NCBI GenBank assembly: GCA_013239625.1
Contig: MU054323.1
Coordinates: 18,556,819-18,620,818 of the forward strand
DNA length: 64,000 nucleotides
Reading direction: 5' to 3'
Origin: Lama guanicoe
Lineage: Eukaryota
The notes under the pieces are model-generated. The model did no database searches and was not told the DNA's origin. It saw only the letters and a program-made list of their open reading frames with translations. Shown piece after piece: positions 24,242 to 37,619 of this stretch. Within the stretch, counting starts at the first letter, position 1; each line of letters opens with the position of its first letter. Both the position numbers and the translations under genes were made by a program.

Positions 24242-25234
24242 GGCAGCCGGAGCGCGGGGGCGGGAGGCGGCGCGGAGGCCGGGAGGCGCGCGCGCTCCCC
24301 CTCCCTCTCCCCACTCCCTCCCGCGCACACTCGCCCGCCCGCCGCCCGCAGCCTCGCACTGGCTCACACGCGCGCTCCGGCCCGCCGCCGCCCGGGCTGC
24401 CGGGTTCCCCCAAACCCCGCGCCCTCGGCCACTGCCGGCCAGGGGAGCCGGCGCGTTTCTGGAGCTCTGGCCGGATGGGGAAGCCCTTGCAGCCTCCCAG
24501 CTTCGGCCGCCGGGGAGATTTTTCGCTGTCCTCCCGGCTCGCGGCCCCGCAGTGCGTTCTGCCTGCGCGCTAGCGCTCTCTCCCGCGCCCAGCCCATCGA
24601 TGACACGCGCAGACCCGCGCTGCAACTTTTCTTTGCAACCTTCCTGGCCTCACCCACGGACAGGACCCCAACCCAGGCTCGCCTACCCGTTTCTCACCTC
24701 TGAAATTGTTCATCCGGATATATCTCTCTTCCTCCACTTTCTATCCCTTTGCTAAAGGAAGCTCTCTTTTAGCAAAGGGATCTGGGCTGAGATCAAAGAT
24801 TTTCTCTGAAACCCTCACTCCGTGTTTTTCCTACACGTTAGCTAGTAGCAGCTGACACAAGCAGATAAAGATATGGGGGCGGGGAGGGGGTATCCCCAGC
24901 CAAGAACTCGGATAGATTCTCTCTTTGGTGCTTCCCTCCAAGATTGCGGTTCACCTGGGAATAAAGACCAAGAGGCTGTTTAATATGAAAGCCCTGCAGC
25001 TTTTAAAACTACAGAGGGGAGTAAAAGCTGAGCATTAAGGTTAAGTTGGGGAAGATCTAATGCAGCAATCGACGAACCATTCATTACCCTTTCCAAGAGA
25101 AGCATTATCATTGCCAATACATCACTTCCCCATAATTAATAAAGGAGCACTGCACCAGGCCCTTGCTCTCTTGACAGCTCATTCATCCTTACGAATCCTT
25201 AATGACTTGGCAGGATGAAAGGCTAGACCCGCTG

Positions 25235-25935
25235 TGGAGTTCACAAACCCGGCTGCAAATCAGACGCACCTGGGAAGCTAGTTAAAAATACAGATTTGAG
25301 CGTCCCATCTCGAGACGCTGATGCACTCCTCATGCCGGGCTCCAAGTGTATATTTTTAAAGCCTGAATTGACGTTCGCCACTGGTGTGGTTAGCTAATGT
25401 GTGGGGGATGAGAGTGGCAGGGACACCAGCGCATTAGACGGAAAGTAAGTTTCTTAGTAGAGTTCTCCCCCAGGTACTTACAGTGCAGCTGTGGGGCAGC
25501 CAGACCACAGGAAAACAGTTTCTGACTCCGGGAAGCCCACCGTTTGACTATGAGGCAAAGGAGGTAGAGGGACCGGCGGAGAAAGTAGCCCTCCTCTGCC
25601 TCTTGGCCAGTGACTCTCAACCCTGACTGCACTTCAGAATCTCCTGGGGAGCTTTTTAAAATCCCAGTGCTTAGGCCACACCCCAGATAGAGTAGCTTGG
25701 AATCTCTGGGGGTGGGACCCAGTTATCGGTAATTATTTTGAAGTTTCCCTGGTTGATGCCTACCGGTAACCAAAGCTGAGAACCATATTCTAGGTCAATG
25801 CTCCTCAAACATGAACATCCATATGAATCACCAAGGGATTGCAGTAGATCTGAAGCAGGCTTGGGATCTGCATTTCTAGTAAAATCTGGAGTGGTGGTGG
25901 TGCTGCCTGAATGAGGACTGCTCTTTAATTAGCAG
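25235..25935. mobile_element. Cluster of about three MER5-like MITE relics
   Basis: Repeated MER5-type text: cacctgggaagctagttaaaaatacagatt; cagtgactctcaaccctgactgcacttcagaatctcctggggagctttttaaaat...gctgagaacca; caatgctcctcaaac...gaatcacc...ctgcatttcta. Confidence 0.7.
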
Positions 25936-28632
25936 GGGTCTGCCACCCCTTGCTAGTGGTTGAGGACACAGCTTGATGGAGGAAACTTAAAACTTCTTCT
26001 TGTCTTGTATATTCCCAGATTCTTTCTTCCCTAAGAACATTTTCCTTTCCCCCTCGATGCGTTAAATTTCTTTGGAAGCCGCTCTCCATGCAAACGTTTT
26101 GTTAGACTGCACTGACTAGTGGGTGTGAACAGAATGACATGTCGGGAGACGCAGAAGGTCTCCATGTCTCTGTTAGCATATATCCTCAGCCAAAAATTAC
26201 TTAGGTCCTGACTTCAAGAAAGTGTGAGAGGCAGACATTTGGCTTACACTCAAGGAAAGGGGCTTGGAGAGAAAAGTGGCTGCTTTGTAAGTGACATTGA
26301 GAAAAGTACATAACTAGACTCCACCCATAGAAAATAGGACAAAGCTAACTGAAGGGACTAGATGGAAGTGCCAAATGAAACTGTGAGTGGACTGCATCTC
26401 ATCGCAATAGATTTTATTGAAAGGGTGAGGCCTGTTATTGCTATTATGTCCAACTAAGTGAAAGCTTAGATTCTCTTGAAAGAGTAAGGATGCTTGGGAC
26501 ATGTGGTGATAAAAGCCCTGTTCTTCAATGTCTATATTCCAGTGGTGCCCAAAGTCCATCTTGTCAGCAGCTAAGAAGGCATGAACACAACATCTTGGTT
26601 CTCTTTATTCTTCCCCACTCCCACCCCCGCCAATTTAGACTGATATTTAGGTTAATATGAATATTTGGGGGGAAAATTGATATTAAATAGTTCTCTTACC
26701 TAGAACCATTAAAAATCAGCCTAGTGCCTAGTGATTTGGAACCATTTTTGATTTGGCTCAATTTCTGAGCCCCATTTCTTTTTCCTTTCATTTCCCATTA
26801 AAGGCATTTTTATATGGGTTCCTGGGCCCCAAGGCAAATCAAACCTTTTGCTCCCTTGTAAAGGTCATACATGACTGGATTTTTATTGCAAGAATTATCA
26901 AAGGCTACATCACTGGCCCAAAGGTAAGGATGTAGGCCGTTACAGGCTGTGGCTTTGGAAAGAAGAAATATCCTAGGGAGGAAGGTGGTAATGTACATCC
27001 CAATGGCAATACTATTGCTTAATTGTCTTCTTACATATTGATTGCCATTCTTTCCTTTGGGCTTAAGAATAGCTGTGGGTCTCCGCTGTTACCTCTCCAA
27101 AGCAGTTTGGCATGACCACTTTGGAGACTCCATAGGGATGTCATCACTAAGATTTGTTCTGTTTTGAAGATGATTCTGATTTTCATGAGCTATTTCCTTG
27201 CAAACCTTCAGGGGATCTTTTAGCAAACTCATTTTCAAACCAAATGTACACGTTGTGAATTAGGCCTTACTTTTTTTTTTTAATCCAGCCTATGGAAAAA
27301 TTAGACATACCATCAGGGGCCCCCCCAGTTTTATTTTTAGTATTTAACATTTTACTGGAACAGCCAATACTTTTTCATCAGAGGGGAAACAAGTACTTCG
27401 TAGTAATTCCTTTCACTTTAGTTCTTTGAGTTACTTAGGTCAGATGCCATCACTGGTTCTTGTTGTTGTTGTGCTTGGAGCTGCTTCTTCAGCGTGTTAA
27501 AATAGGTGCAGGTACTCCCCACCTCATTCCTTATCCTGCCCGTCTTCACCACTCACCTATCTGTTCACTCACGGTATCAGTCTGATACTGATTTCTACAT
27601 AAGTAAAAAACATGACAGGATCTGCAGCCTGGCCAGCAAGAGAGAGGAGCTTAGCATTAGCCATTTCCCCCACACCTACAAACCCCAGGTGAACCACCCC
27701 ACCAGGTTTTCTTCGCTGCTGATTGGATTCAGGCTTTTTTGCTTCAAGGGTGATGTGGGGATACTTGGTGACTTCTAGGTGCTATTGTCCATCCTCCCTG
27801 GGGTCTTGCCCCTTGCAGTTAAACTTTTACTTGTCTGTTTCGTTTTGCCTAGTTGAACACCATGCTTGAACCCCAACCAGTAAGTGACCCCTGTCGTTAG
27901 GTGGGAAGAAGCCTTCCTGGTAGAGGTACAATTATAACCTGTCTTTCTCCAGTGCTCCACCACTGTCAAGTCACCTACTTCCTCTGAATTTGTCACAGTC
28001 TTTGGACATCAAAGGCTTGCACTTCTGCATTTGATTCACTTAGAGTCAAGGGTTGGGCTTCTGCAAAATCCTGACACTTTCATTTTCCATTTCTGCCCTG
28101 ACTGTAATCTGGGGAAGTGTTTTAACCTCTGTGTGTCCCTATATCTGTGTCTGGAAAACCTAAATCATAAATCTCCTTCAAGGAGTTATGGAAAGGATAA
28201 AATGTATATAATGTGCATGACATAGTTCCTGATCATAGTAGTTAATCAATGGTGTTGTGTTGTTATTATGATTATTGGTAAATTTCTATTAAAATGATAT
28301 CCATAAAGTAAAAAAGTTTCCTATTAATTAGGTTCAAATAATCAGACCATCTCATTACTGGTAATGATTATGCCACGGCTTTTGTTATACGGCATCTTGT
28401 ACAGTGAATAATCCAGGGACGTGGATGCCTCTATGGTAGGAGAGAACTTCCTCTCTCTGTAATGAGAGAAGCTGCTTGTGCACTTTCTGATTGTGCAGAG
28501 TGTGGTCACATGATCGATAAAGGGGGCACCACATTCTGGCTGGATCACGGTTTCTTTTCCTTTACGTCTGGGTATCAACTTGATCTGCTCTCTATAATAA
28601 TCCAAGGGTTTAATTTTCAATAGAGACATTAA

Positions 28633-28761
28633 TTTTTTTTTATTTGGGGGGGAGGCCATTAGGTTTACTTATTTATTTATTTTAGTGGAGGCACTGGGGT
28701 TGAACACAGACCCCCATGCATGCTAAGCATGTGCTCTACCATTGCGCTATATCCTTCCCCC
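28633..28761 (-). mobile_element. tRNA-derived SINE (Vic-1-like, camelid)
   Basis: The minus strand reads ggggaaggatatagcgcaatggtagagcacatgcttagcatgcatggggg...gttcaaccccagtgcctcc, followed by an A-rich tail. It has A/B boxes and a flanking direct repeat agagacatt. Confidence 0.85.
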
Positions 28762-30639
28762 TCTGACAGAGACATTTTAAACAAATACTGCTACAAGGAA
28801 GAATTGGGTTGTCATGTTAATTTCATTAACGGGGCCTTATCTGAGAGGACATAAACTTTTTCAGTAAATTTGCATAAACTTTCCTCAACATTGAGTCAAG
28901 GACTCTATCAGCAGGGACTCAAGAACTCCCCAGGGTCCTCTGTACCAGACGATTGTTCCTCACAATCTAGTTCTGAAGCAATATCCCTGAGAGACTGTAC
29001 TTCAGCTTTTCCAATAAATCTCTTTTCTAAGACATTGTCTATGATATACAGCTCCCTGACGCATCTTCCGTTGCTGGCCACTGATTATCATCTTCTGAGA
29101 ACTGCCAGTTTTTTTGTGGTGACCACAGTGCCCAGACAGTAACCCTTGAAAATAATCATAACCAAGATACCTAAGGGGTAAAGGGACTGAATTTATGGGT
29201 GTCTTAATCCATGGTTTCAATGATGCTGATTCTGCTGCCCCTGGAAGTGTCTGGAAATAATGAAACGATATGTTCTTGTCTCTTTAAAAAAATTCAGCGT
29301 CTTCCATAGCATTACCAAAAGAGTCCTTGGCAATTACAAGTAAGAAAAGTTCAGAAACTACATTCTATCTTCCCTCTCATTGAAAATATGATCCTGTCAC
29401 ACCCAAAAGCCTAGCTCTCTTTGCATTTGTTAAAGAATTTGAGCCTGTAGACCAAAATCAATGTTTTTTATGTAGAGACTAAAATTATACCATCACATCA
29501 ACGACCTAAATTTTCCATAAGAAATCCTTATGAACTCATGAGGGAATTAGGAGTATCCTCATTTGACAGATTGAGAAAGTACAAAGATTTGCCCAACCCT
29601 GGCCCCGCATAAAGGTCAGTTGTGTGGTATCAAAATAATACTGATGCCCAGGCCCATGCCTGGAGATTCCACTGGTCTGAAGAGCAATAGCCTTTTTTTT
29701 TTAAAGTCCCCTGGTTGGTTCTAGGTTCAGCCAGAGCTGAGAACCACAAGCCTAATAGCTAATTAGTGGCCAAGACCAGTGAAAAAAATCCCCTTACACT
29801 GCCACAATGCTGCTTCTATTCTGCAGCTCCATCAGACATTGGTATTTAAGAGAATATCAAAATGGGGACTCTTCTTGGAAATTTCAGAGAATTTACAAAT
29901 GTTTAAGGGCCTTTCTGAGTCTGGAAGAAACCCACCTAGGTAATGTAACCCTGACAAAGGTGAGCTGGTCGAAAGAGATGATCAAGAAAGTCAAATCCGA
30001 GACCGCAGGGCCTCTGTCTATCCTTTTGACCAGTCAGACCCCAGCAGCTAGAGCAGTTTGTCCTTCGTGGGAGACAAATTAATAAAGGCACATGGTTCCC
30101 TCTCGTGGGACTGACTTATGCAGAAGATGGATTTTGGTTGTTGGGTAAATTAAACTTTTTGGCCCCTGTCCAGTGTAAATTGCAACTTAATAGTGATCAT
30201 CTCATATCTCCAGTGCAGGCCCTGGTTAGCAACTGACACGGTCACCATATCCACATCCACAGTCCCGCCTGGCCACCTGCTCTGTGATGACAGACAGACT
30301 GTCTGTGACATTGCAGGAGGCCAGACCACACAGAGATAGCAACCTGACCCAGCCTCAGGCTCGTGCCCGTAAGCAGACCTCTTGTCAGTTATCTCAGCAA
30401 TTACTCATAAGCTCTTGTTTGACCCAGTTTGCAATTATATCAGAGAATCTCTTATTTCCTGTTAAGAGGGGTTCTTCAGGCATATGTTGTATACATATTA
30501 TGCTTATATTTTCATGTATTGTTTTTCAAGATCAAGGAACCAGGGAACATCCTGAGACATTTAAAATCGGCCACTAAGCAACTCAATGAAAGCAAAAACC
30601 TGGGCAGTGCAGAGAAAAATAAAACATAGCTGAGAACAG

Positions 30640-30910
30640 TTGTATTAATTCATGTGTTCGTTCATTCCGTCGTGTGTTCACTCAACCAGTATTTATGAGG
30701 ACCTACTCTGGGCCAGGCACTGTCCCAGGTGCTCGAGGTACAACAGCAAAAATATCAGTAAAAGTGTCCACTCTCCTAGGACTTACATCCTATTAGGAAA
30801 ACAGGCAGTAAGCAAGGTAAGCAAATTAACACAAGGAGATCCCGGTAAGAAATGAAGCAGGGAAAATGAGACAGAGACTTCGGGGAAAAAGTACTTGTTT
30901 TCAGGTGGTC
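30640..30910 (-). mobile_element. L2 fragment
   Basis: ttcattc...tatttatgaggacctactctgggccaggcactgtcccaggtgct matches an antisense L2 end. Confidence 0.7.
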
Positions 30911-31736
30911 AGTTTTGCAGAGAACTGATTTAAGATTTCTCATTTGACAATGCCATCCCTTTTTTGAGAGTCCCAAACAGATGAAAGGATAGAGCTCACA
31001 GGGCTTTGTTGGTTTGATCATGTGTCTCTGTCCTGAGTTGAGGTTCCCGCAGGAATTCCCACTTCAGAGCCCCCGGACTTCATCAGGACTAGCTGCAGAT
31101 GCCAGACCACATGGTTTGCCCCCCTCTACATTCAAGACCATATACACAGGATACAGATCCAAGAGTTGTTCCCAAAAGACAAGATGGCTCCCAGAGGTTG
31201 CACACAAAACTGCTGTGTTCCTTCCGAGGCAGAGTTGCTGCAAGAATTCTGAGCTCTCCTTTGGTTTCATTTAAAGACTAGCATCTTATTAATGCATCTA
31301 CATGGCAAATATTACACAAATGAGTTCTCATGGGTGGACGGACCTCTTGCCACAAAGTTAATAGCACTGGTGAGGAGGGAGGGGAATCACATACGTGTAA
31401 CTTAATGATGGTTCTGGGTTTTTTTCCCAGGAGTTTCTCACACCTTCTTTTTCCTTCTTCCTACTTTTTTATTTGAAATTACATAATACACACAGCATGC
31501 ACGCACACACACACCCCATTCATACACACACTCTTACACAAACTCACACACTCATTCACATACACGAATCTCAACTGTGGCCAAATATCTAATTATTGGA
31601 AAATCACCATTTGCAAACTTGCAAATAACACATAGAAATGACAGCTAACCTCTCATTTTTTCCCAATTTTTTAACATTAATAGTCTTATCTGCCAGATCT
31701 TATATCCTTGGTTTCAAGTCTATTTAAAAGCTCAAG

Positions 31737-31868
31737 GAGGGAGGGTATAGCTCACTGATAGAGTGCACGCCAAGAATGCATGAGGTCCTGGGTTCAATCC
31801 CCAGTACCTTCATTAAACTAAATAAATAAACAAACCTGATTATCTCCCCCCCCAAAAATTTTTTTTAA
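31737..31868 (+). mobile_element. tRNA-derived SINE (Vic-1-like)
   Basis: gagggtatagctcactgatagagtgcacg...gaggtcctgggttcaatccccagtacc, then the tail aaataaataaacaaacctgattatctcccccccc. Imperfect TSD aaaagctca/aaaacctca. Confidence 0.9.
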
Positions 31869-34356
31869 AAAACCTCACAGGCTAAAGCAGATTACAATCC
31901 AAGTATTGCCCTCTTTTGAAACTGAACAATGATAGATTTGAAAACTAAAAATGATACCTGAATTATGTATTTCATGGGTCTTAAGAAATCTTTTTTGCCT
32001 TCCTGTTTCCCTTGTCAAAAATAAAAAATCTCTCAGTGTAGACATTGCTCAAGGAAAGGCAGATTTTAGATGGAAAATCAGTCAACACACCAAATGCCTA
32101 CCTAACTGGTGCTCACTGATCAATAAGTATGTGTTGAATAAATGAGTCAGATTAGTGCAACATGCCTTATTAGAGGGCAGTCACTTAAGGGAACTTCTGT
32201 AGCAGCTTTACTGGCTGAATTTTTCAGTCATTCAGGCAGCAGATAGCAAGTGACTATCCCATTTAGCGCCATGAACTAATAAGTCCTGTGGTGACTGAAA
32301 AACGAACCAGACACTGCCCACAACCTCAAGGAATTTATTCTCACAGCTGGAATTAGACTGTGGAGATTTTTGAGCGCGTGAGTCAGACAGACAGACATGC
32401 ACTTTATGAAGTTTCATCTCGTGTGTATGATGTGTAAAAGCGGGCATGGTCAGGGATAAAGAGACCAGAGTTGAGCACAATCATCCCACAGAAGGCCAGG
32501 TGAGAGGACTCTGAACAATGACTGGAGAAGAAAATAGGAAAATAGTGATTTTTCACTTTGGCGCAACAGTTGGCAGAATCCCAGTACCCCCACCCACCCA
32601 GCCTCGTATTTAAAAAAAAAAATCCTGACTTTTCATTTTCAGAGGAATCATTATGTACCATTTCAGTTGGAACACATATGATTTCTATAAGGCTGTTAGT
32701 ATTGTAGGAAAAACCTCTCCTAAAGAGTGGCATTCTAGAGCAGCTCGGGGCAGGGCTGTCTTCTCCAGGGAGCAGGAGGAGGATTTCATCACTGAGAAGC
32801 TGCGTGGTGCTGACAAAGAGCACAGGACCCTCAGCTGGTCTTAGTGTTGTGTTTGAATACAAACTCTTCACCTCCTTGTTCTTTGCAGCTTAATTTGCTC
32901 TGCCTCCTGACTACTCCCTTTGATGTGCAGCTGCCTTCAGAGGAGGTGGTAGGAAGCTGAGAATATCTGGTCATCTTTCTAAGACAGGCAGAGCTGAACT
33001 GTAACCAGGGAGCAGGTGAAAAGAGTCTCTTTCCCCCACCCACCCACCACTCCACGAGTAAATCTCCAGGCATTTAAATCCTCTGTGTGGGAAAGCCAAA
33101 TGGAGCCAATTTTGATGAAGTATGGACTTTGTAAAGAGCCTTGTGCTTCCTCTTACTATAGCTGATTTTCGTATTATTTTAGAAACATACAGAATCAGTG
33201 AAGGAAATCTGAGCGTAATCATTATGTTTAATTGGATATGAGCAGATATGAGCTTGAGTTTTATGAAAGGGGCTTGAATTTTGGCACTTGCCTGCTTGCT
33301 ATATAATCACAGATAAAAATCATTTATTGATTTACTCACTTATTTGAGTACTTTACAGTTACCATATTAGACATAAAGGGCTCATCAGTGAACACGTGAA
33401 TAAACAGGGCTTTCATTTTGAGGAAGAAAAGAGATATTAACAAAATTACACAATTTTCTAATAGAGGAAGCTGACCTTTTTAGGAGAGCCTGTTAATCTC
33501 TAAAAGATGGCTAGGAAAGGAGGAGGGTGAATTCAGTTTAGTTCTGTTCAGAAGAAGCTTCACGTGCAAAGGTCCTGGGGTGAGAAGTAGTTGAGGTGCT
33601 GAATGGAGGTCGGAGTGTCAAGTGCAGAAAGTGAGGGGGAGGGGTTGTTAGCAGGGGCTATAAAGTAGCAGGGCCATGGAGTACTCTGAGGCTTGGGTTT
33701 TGGTCTTATTCTGAATACTGAGATAACTTATCTGCTCATTCTGAGGACTTGCCTTAGTTTCTTAGAGAATGTTTAGCCTTGCAAATGACTAAAGTCTCTT
33801 CACTTTTCCTCCTCTCCTTGCTCACATATGGTTTACCAGAATTCCTTCCAAGTTTGGCATTAAGGGAGAGACTTAATCTATTAAGTCATATATTCTAGAC
33901 ATGATTTTACTTACCAGTGTTGTGCCCTGTCAGGGGTCTTTTGTGTGATTATCAATAATCACTACAATATCCAAAATTCTCCACCAGTTTGCTTTTCAGA
34001 TTTTTCAGGGGAATTCTTTGTTTTATTTGGAATTTAACAAGAGCTGTTCACCATTTTGGAAAATTACTTCACTGGTGGCCATGTCACTCATTGCTCAGGA
34101 TTTGTAGCTGTCGCCTTTCGGCTGGTGCTACCTGATGGGACAAGCATCTGCTGCTCCATCCCATCTTCCAGAGTGAGACCTGACCTTCATCAGTTGAACG
34201 ACATATTGGTTTATTACAAAATATTGACGTTTACTTTCCTTCTATATTCTAGTTAGAGAATTATGTAGAATTTGAAAACACTGTTTATGAAATAGGTTAT
34301 ATTATCAATTAATTTTATTTCAGAATGATGAAAAGATTGCTATAATGTATTTTGTA

Positions 34357-34460
34357 AAAAAAATTGGGGGGGTATAATTAGGTTTATTTATTTCTTTAAT
34401 TTTTTTAAAGGAGATACTGAGGATTCAGCCCGAGACCTCTACCACTGAGCTACACACCCC
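34357..34460 (-). mobile_element. Internally deleted Vic-1-like SINE
   Basis: Carries the same tail (ggggggtataattaggtttatttattt) and head (ctctaccactgagctacac) as the other copies, with the middle missing. Confidence 0.75.
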
Positions 34461-37214
34461 AACTATAACCTATTTTTATAAAACAAGGAAGTTGGGTCTG
34501 AAAGAATTGATAACCTCTTCAAGCTTATAACTCTCTAAGACTTAACACAGCCTGCTGTGGCCAGGGCAGGAGTTGGAGAAGAAATTTAAATCAATTATGA
34601 TTATCAGATTCAAATTTAACAAAGAAAGGGAATGAATCAATTGCAAGGAAGAGGCTCTTTCACTAGCTAAAACTGACTGCAAATTTTCGGGACTGATACA
34701 CCCCTCAGGGAGCCACTGCAGGAAAGAGCTTCCCCAGAATCCCACTGGAGGCTCTCATTGGAAATAATTCCAGGGTCTTTTCTGCAGCTCTTATATTCAA
34801 CTGGATGGTTAGCCACCTGCCACATACTTGAAGAATGGAAAGAATATGTAGTTCCAGTTCTGCTATGAACTAGTTGCTGGTCAACTCACTATCTCACTGA
34901 GACTTACTTCCCCTGCGAACTGAGGAATGCTAAGAACATTTCTTTCAATATTATTGTGAGAATCATATGGTACAATAAGTATAAAATTTCCTGTAATAAA
35001 AAGAAATATGATTCTCTAACTTCTTGCATTCCACAGGACTCAGATCCATGTTGTGCATGTACGAATACCTAATAGTTCATGTTAGTTGGCTTAATGTATC
35101 CTCCTCCTCACCCCTCCCACCCCCAACCCCAAGGAGCAGAGATGCTGAAAATGTTGACTTGGTCTCTATATTTCCAACACTGATGCTTAATTTCTTCATT
35201 CACATGGATGATATACCTGACAGAATAACTATTTATGATTACTTAACATCATTAACTCATTTCTAAATGGCTCAAGAGAGCATTAAGTATAACAGTGTCT
35301 AGGTATTGAGATTAATCATACATTTCACAGGAATTGGTGGTCTAAACACAAAATATGCAGAGAAAGCAGCAGCATGAGCATTTTAAAAGGTGAATTAATT
35401 TGTGAGTGAAATCCCACCGGGTGCACTCTGGAGGGCAGCTAATTAAATCCTCCGAAGGGAATGGAGTGGAACCCTAAGCCTGGCTGGAGCTGAGCTGGTT
35501 AGAACACAGTTTCTTCTGTCCCTTAGGGTAACGTATCTGACCCTCAAGAGAGTCAATTTCAATTTTTCAGCTTTTTCAGTTGTTCAGCTTCAATTTTTAC
35601 CCATCCAATGACTCCACTGTTAACCCCAAGCTGCCCATCTTGAAAATGTCTCCTTCGGCACAAACCCGAGAGTTTGCTGGGGATTGATGGAAAGTCAATC
35701 TCACTGCTAGAGGAACAATTCCAAGTGAAAGGGTTTGCCCTATAGAGCATCACTCTATAGATCACACAGGAGCAACGCCCTCCTAAACGAGAGGGTGATG
35801 ATGCCATTAAGCGCTATTACGGATGGCCGGAGGGAGGACAAAGGTGTAAATTGTCTCGTTCAGTTTTCTAAACATCTTCCTCCTCTTAATTAAAAACATT
35901 GGTTTTCCTGCTGCCTTTGTCTCCTTTTTTCCTCCTGCGGAATAATGATTTGCTTCCTTTTTGGTCCTTTCAGAGGCAAGTTCTGCCTTAATTAAAAGAA
36001 GAGACATATAATATCTCTTCAAATTGGACATTCACATAAATAACTTTGGTCTTTGTTATTCCCTTCAGAATCTTGTCCACTTTAATTAAATCCTAATTAA
36101 TTTCCATTTTTCTTCCCCAAAGAAAACAATAATGGTTTTCTGTGACAGTTTTAAGTCACTAGTATGTATGTTCACCATTTTTATCTGTTACATTCATGAT
36201 GTTAAATTTTTATGGCTATCACCTTTGTAATCTTCACAAAGTATTTTTTTGATAACAAAATTGCATTGAAGACTTCCCAAAAAAGACTTTTTCATATATG
36301 ACCATATGATTGTGCAAAAATAAATTTGATCACTATTAAGTATGGGGGTAACTTTAAATAAATTGCTTCAGCTTCGCAGATTTCAGGTTGATTATCTGTA
36401 AAATGGGAGTGTGGAACTAATTTCTGTCTCTTCCTTCCATTAAAACATGGTATAAAGTCTCAGTTCTTCCTCATGGTTTCATGATATAAAGTCTCAGTTC
36501 TTCCTCATGGTTTCAAAGTTCACTTTCCATCATTTGATCTACGTTGAACCTTATAAGAGAGGTGGTGTGGAATTATTAGCATCCTCTTCCATGATTGGGA
36601 ATTCTCTTTATTGTGTGCAAAATACAGCTATTAATTTTCTCTAGAAAGATAACTTAGAGATAACACTAACTTTAGTGGCATTTTCTTGTTTAAAATAAGT
36701 GGAGTTTTTGTTTTGTTTTTTACTGTTTACTATTATTGCTTTTTAGAGAAATGTACTCTTTCCTAGTCATCTAAACAGTTATTTTAAAAATCAACAATCA
36801 CTCATTTCTTTAGATTATGAAGACTTTTCGTGTCTTTCCACATGATCCTTAGCATTGCCCATTAAGTTTTGAAATGGAAAACATTTTTGGATTATCATCA
36901 CTTTCTATTTTTATTTTAATTTCCCCTTAATTAAGAGTAGCTCTTCTGTATTTGTGTATTCCCAATGTGCATAAATCATCTGTAAATAATAACCTATATT
37001 TAAATACTTCCTTCACTTTTTATTGTCATAAATCTTGAACATATATAAAAGTACAGGGAGAAATAGAACCAGTCCCCACGTACCTATCTTCAGCTTCACT
37101 GGTTAACAACAAAGAATCAATTACATGGCACATAGATCTCCCTCCACCTTTCAGGTTTGAGTATTTTAAATCCACTCCTGGATAGCACATCTTTCTTTTG
37201 TTTTTAGCTGGAGA

Positions 37215-37386
37215 TGATACTTAAGGTGATGGCTTAGCACGTTTCAGGGAGTGACCTGGTTTTCCTGGGTATCTCCCAGGTATATAGGTGGTATACATGC
37301 TATCAAGCTTCTGTTTGTTTTTCACCTTTTACTGTTCTCAGCCAAGAACAGAAAGGTAGAGAGAAAGTAATTTTTCCTCCCCTGCA
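37215..37386 (+). mobile_element. ERV-type LTR 3' fragment
   Basis: ...atacatgctatcaagcttctgtttgttttttcacc...ctcagccaagaac...ggtagagagaaagtaatttttcctcccctgca resembles an LTR R/U5 end finishing in CA. Confidence 0.45.
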
Positions 37387-37619
37387 CTCTCATCAACTCT
37401 GTGGTTACCCTGAAATTTGACTGGAACAATGTTTTAAAACTTTCACTAAATTCTACCTGTTTTCCCTTATTTGGGAAAATACACAATTCTATGTATTTTC
37501 CCCATTTGGATAACAGGATTTAATTAAGAATTTTAAAGAGCATTAATCTAACTAATACTCCACAATTTACTGAGACTTTAAAAATTCCCCTTTATGTTTA
37601 AATCTTAACAGTTTTTCTA

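Larger units (their letters stand above)
23430..24700. promoter_or_regulatory. SLC8A1: CpG island; probable proximal (brain/ubiquitous-type) SLC8A1 promoter
   Basis: GC and CpG density rise sharply against an AT-rich background, with GC boxes (e.g. gggggcggga near 24256) and a (GCG)n run. It lies ~21.5 kb upstream of exon 2. NCX1 is known to use alternative heart, kidney and brain first exons, the brain-type one being GC-rich and closest to exon 2. Confidence 0.85.

Noticed and set aside
24647..24667. RE1/NRSE-like sequence ccacggacag
   Set aside because: Only the right half resembles the REST consensus and the left half (TCAGCACC) is poorly matched, so it cannot be called from sequence alone.
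23244..24755. Many long overlapping Ala/Arg/Pro/Gly-rich ORFs (up to 238 aa)
   Set aside because: Expected from stop-codon depletion in a CpG island; present in several frames on both strands.
31737..31810. tRNA-like sequence with A and B boxes
   Set aside because: It is the head of a SINE with tail and TSD, repeated in degenerate form six times; not a tRNA gene.
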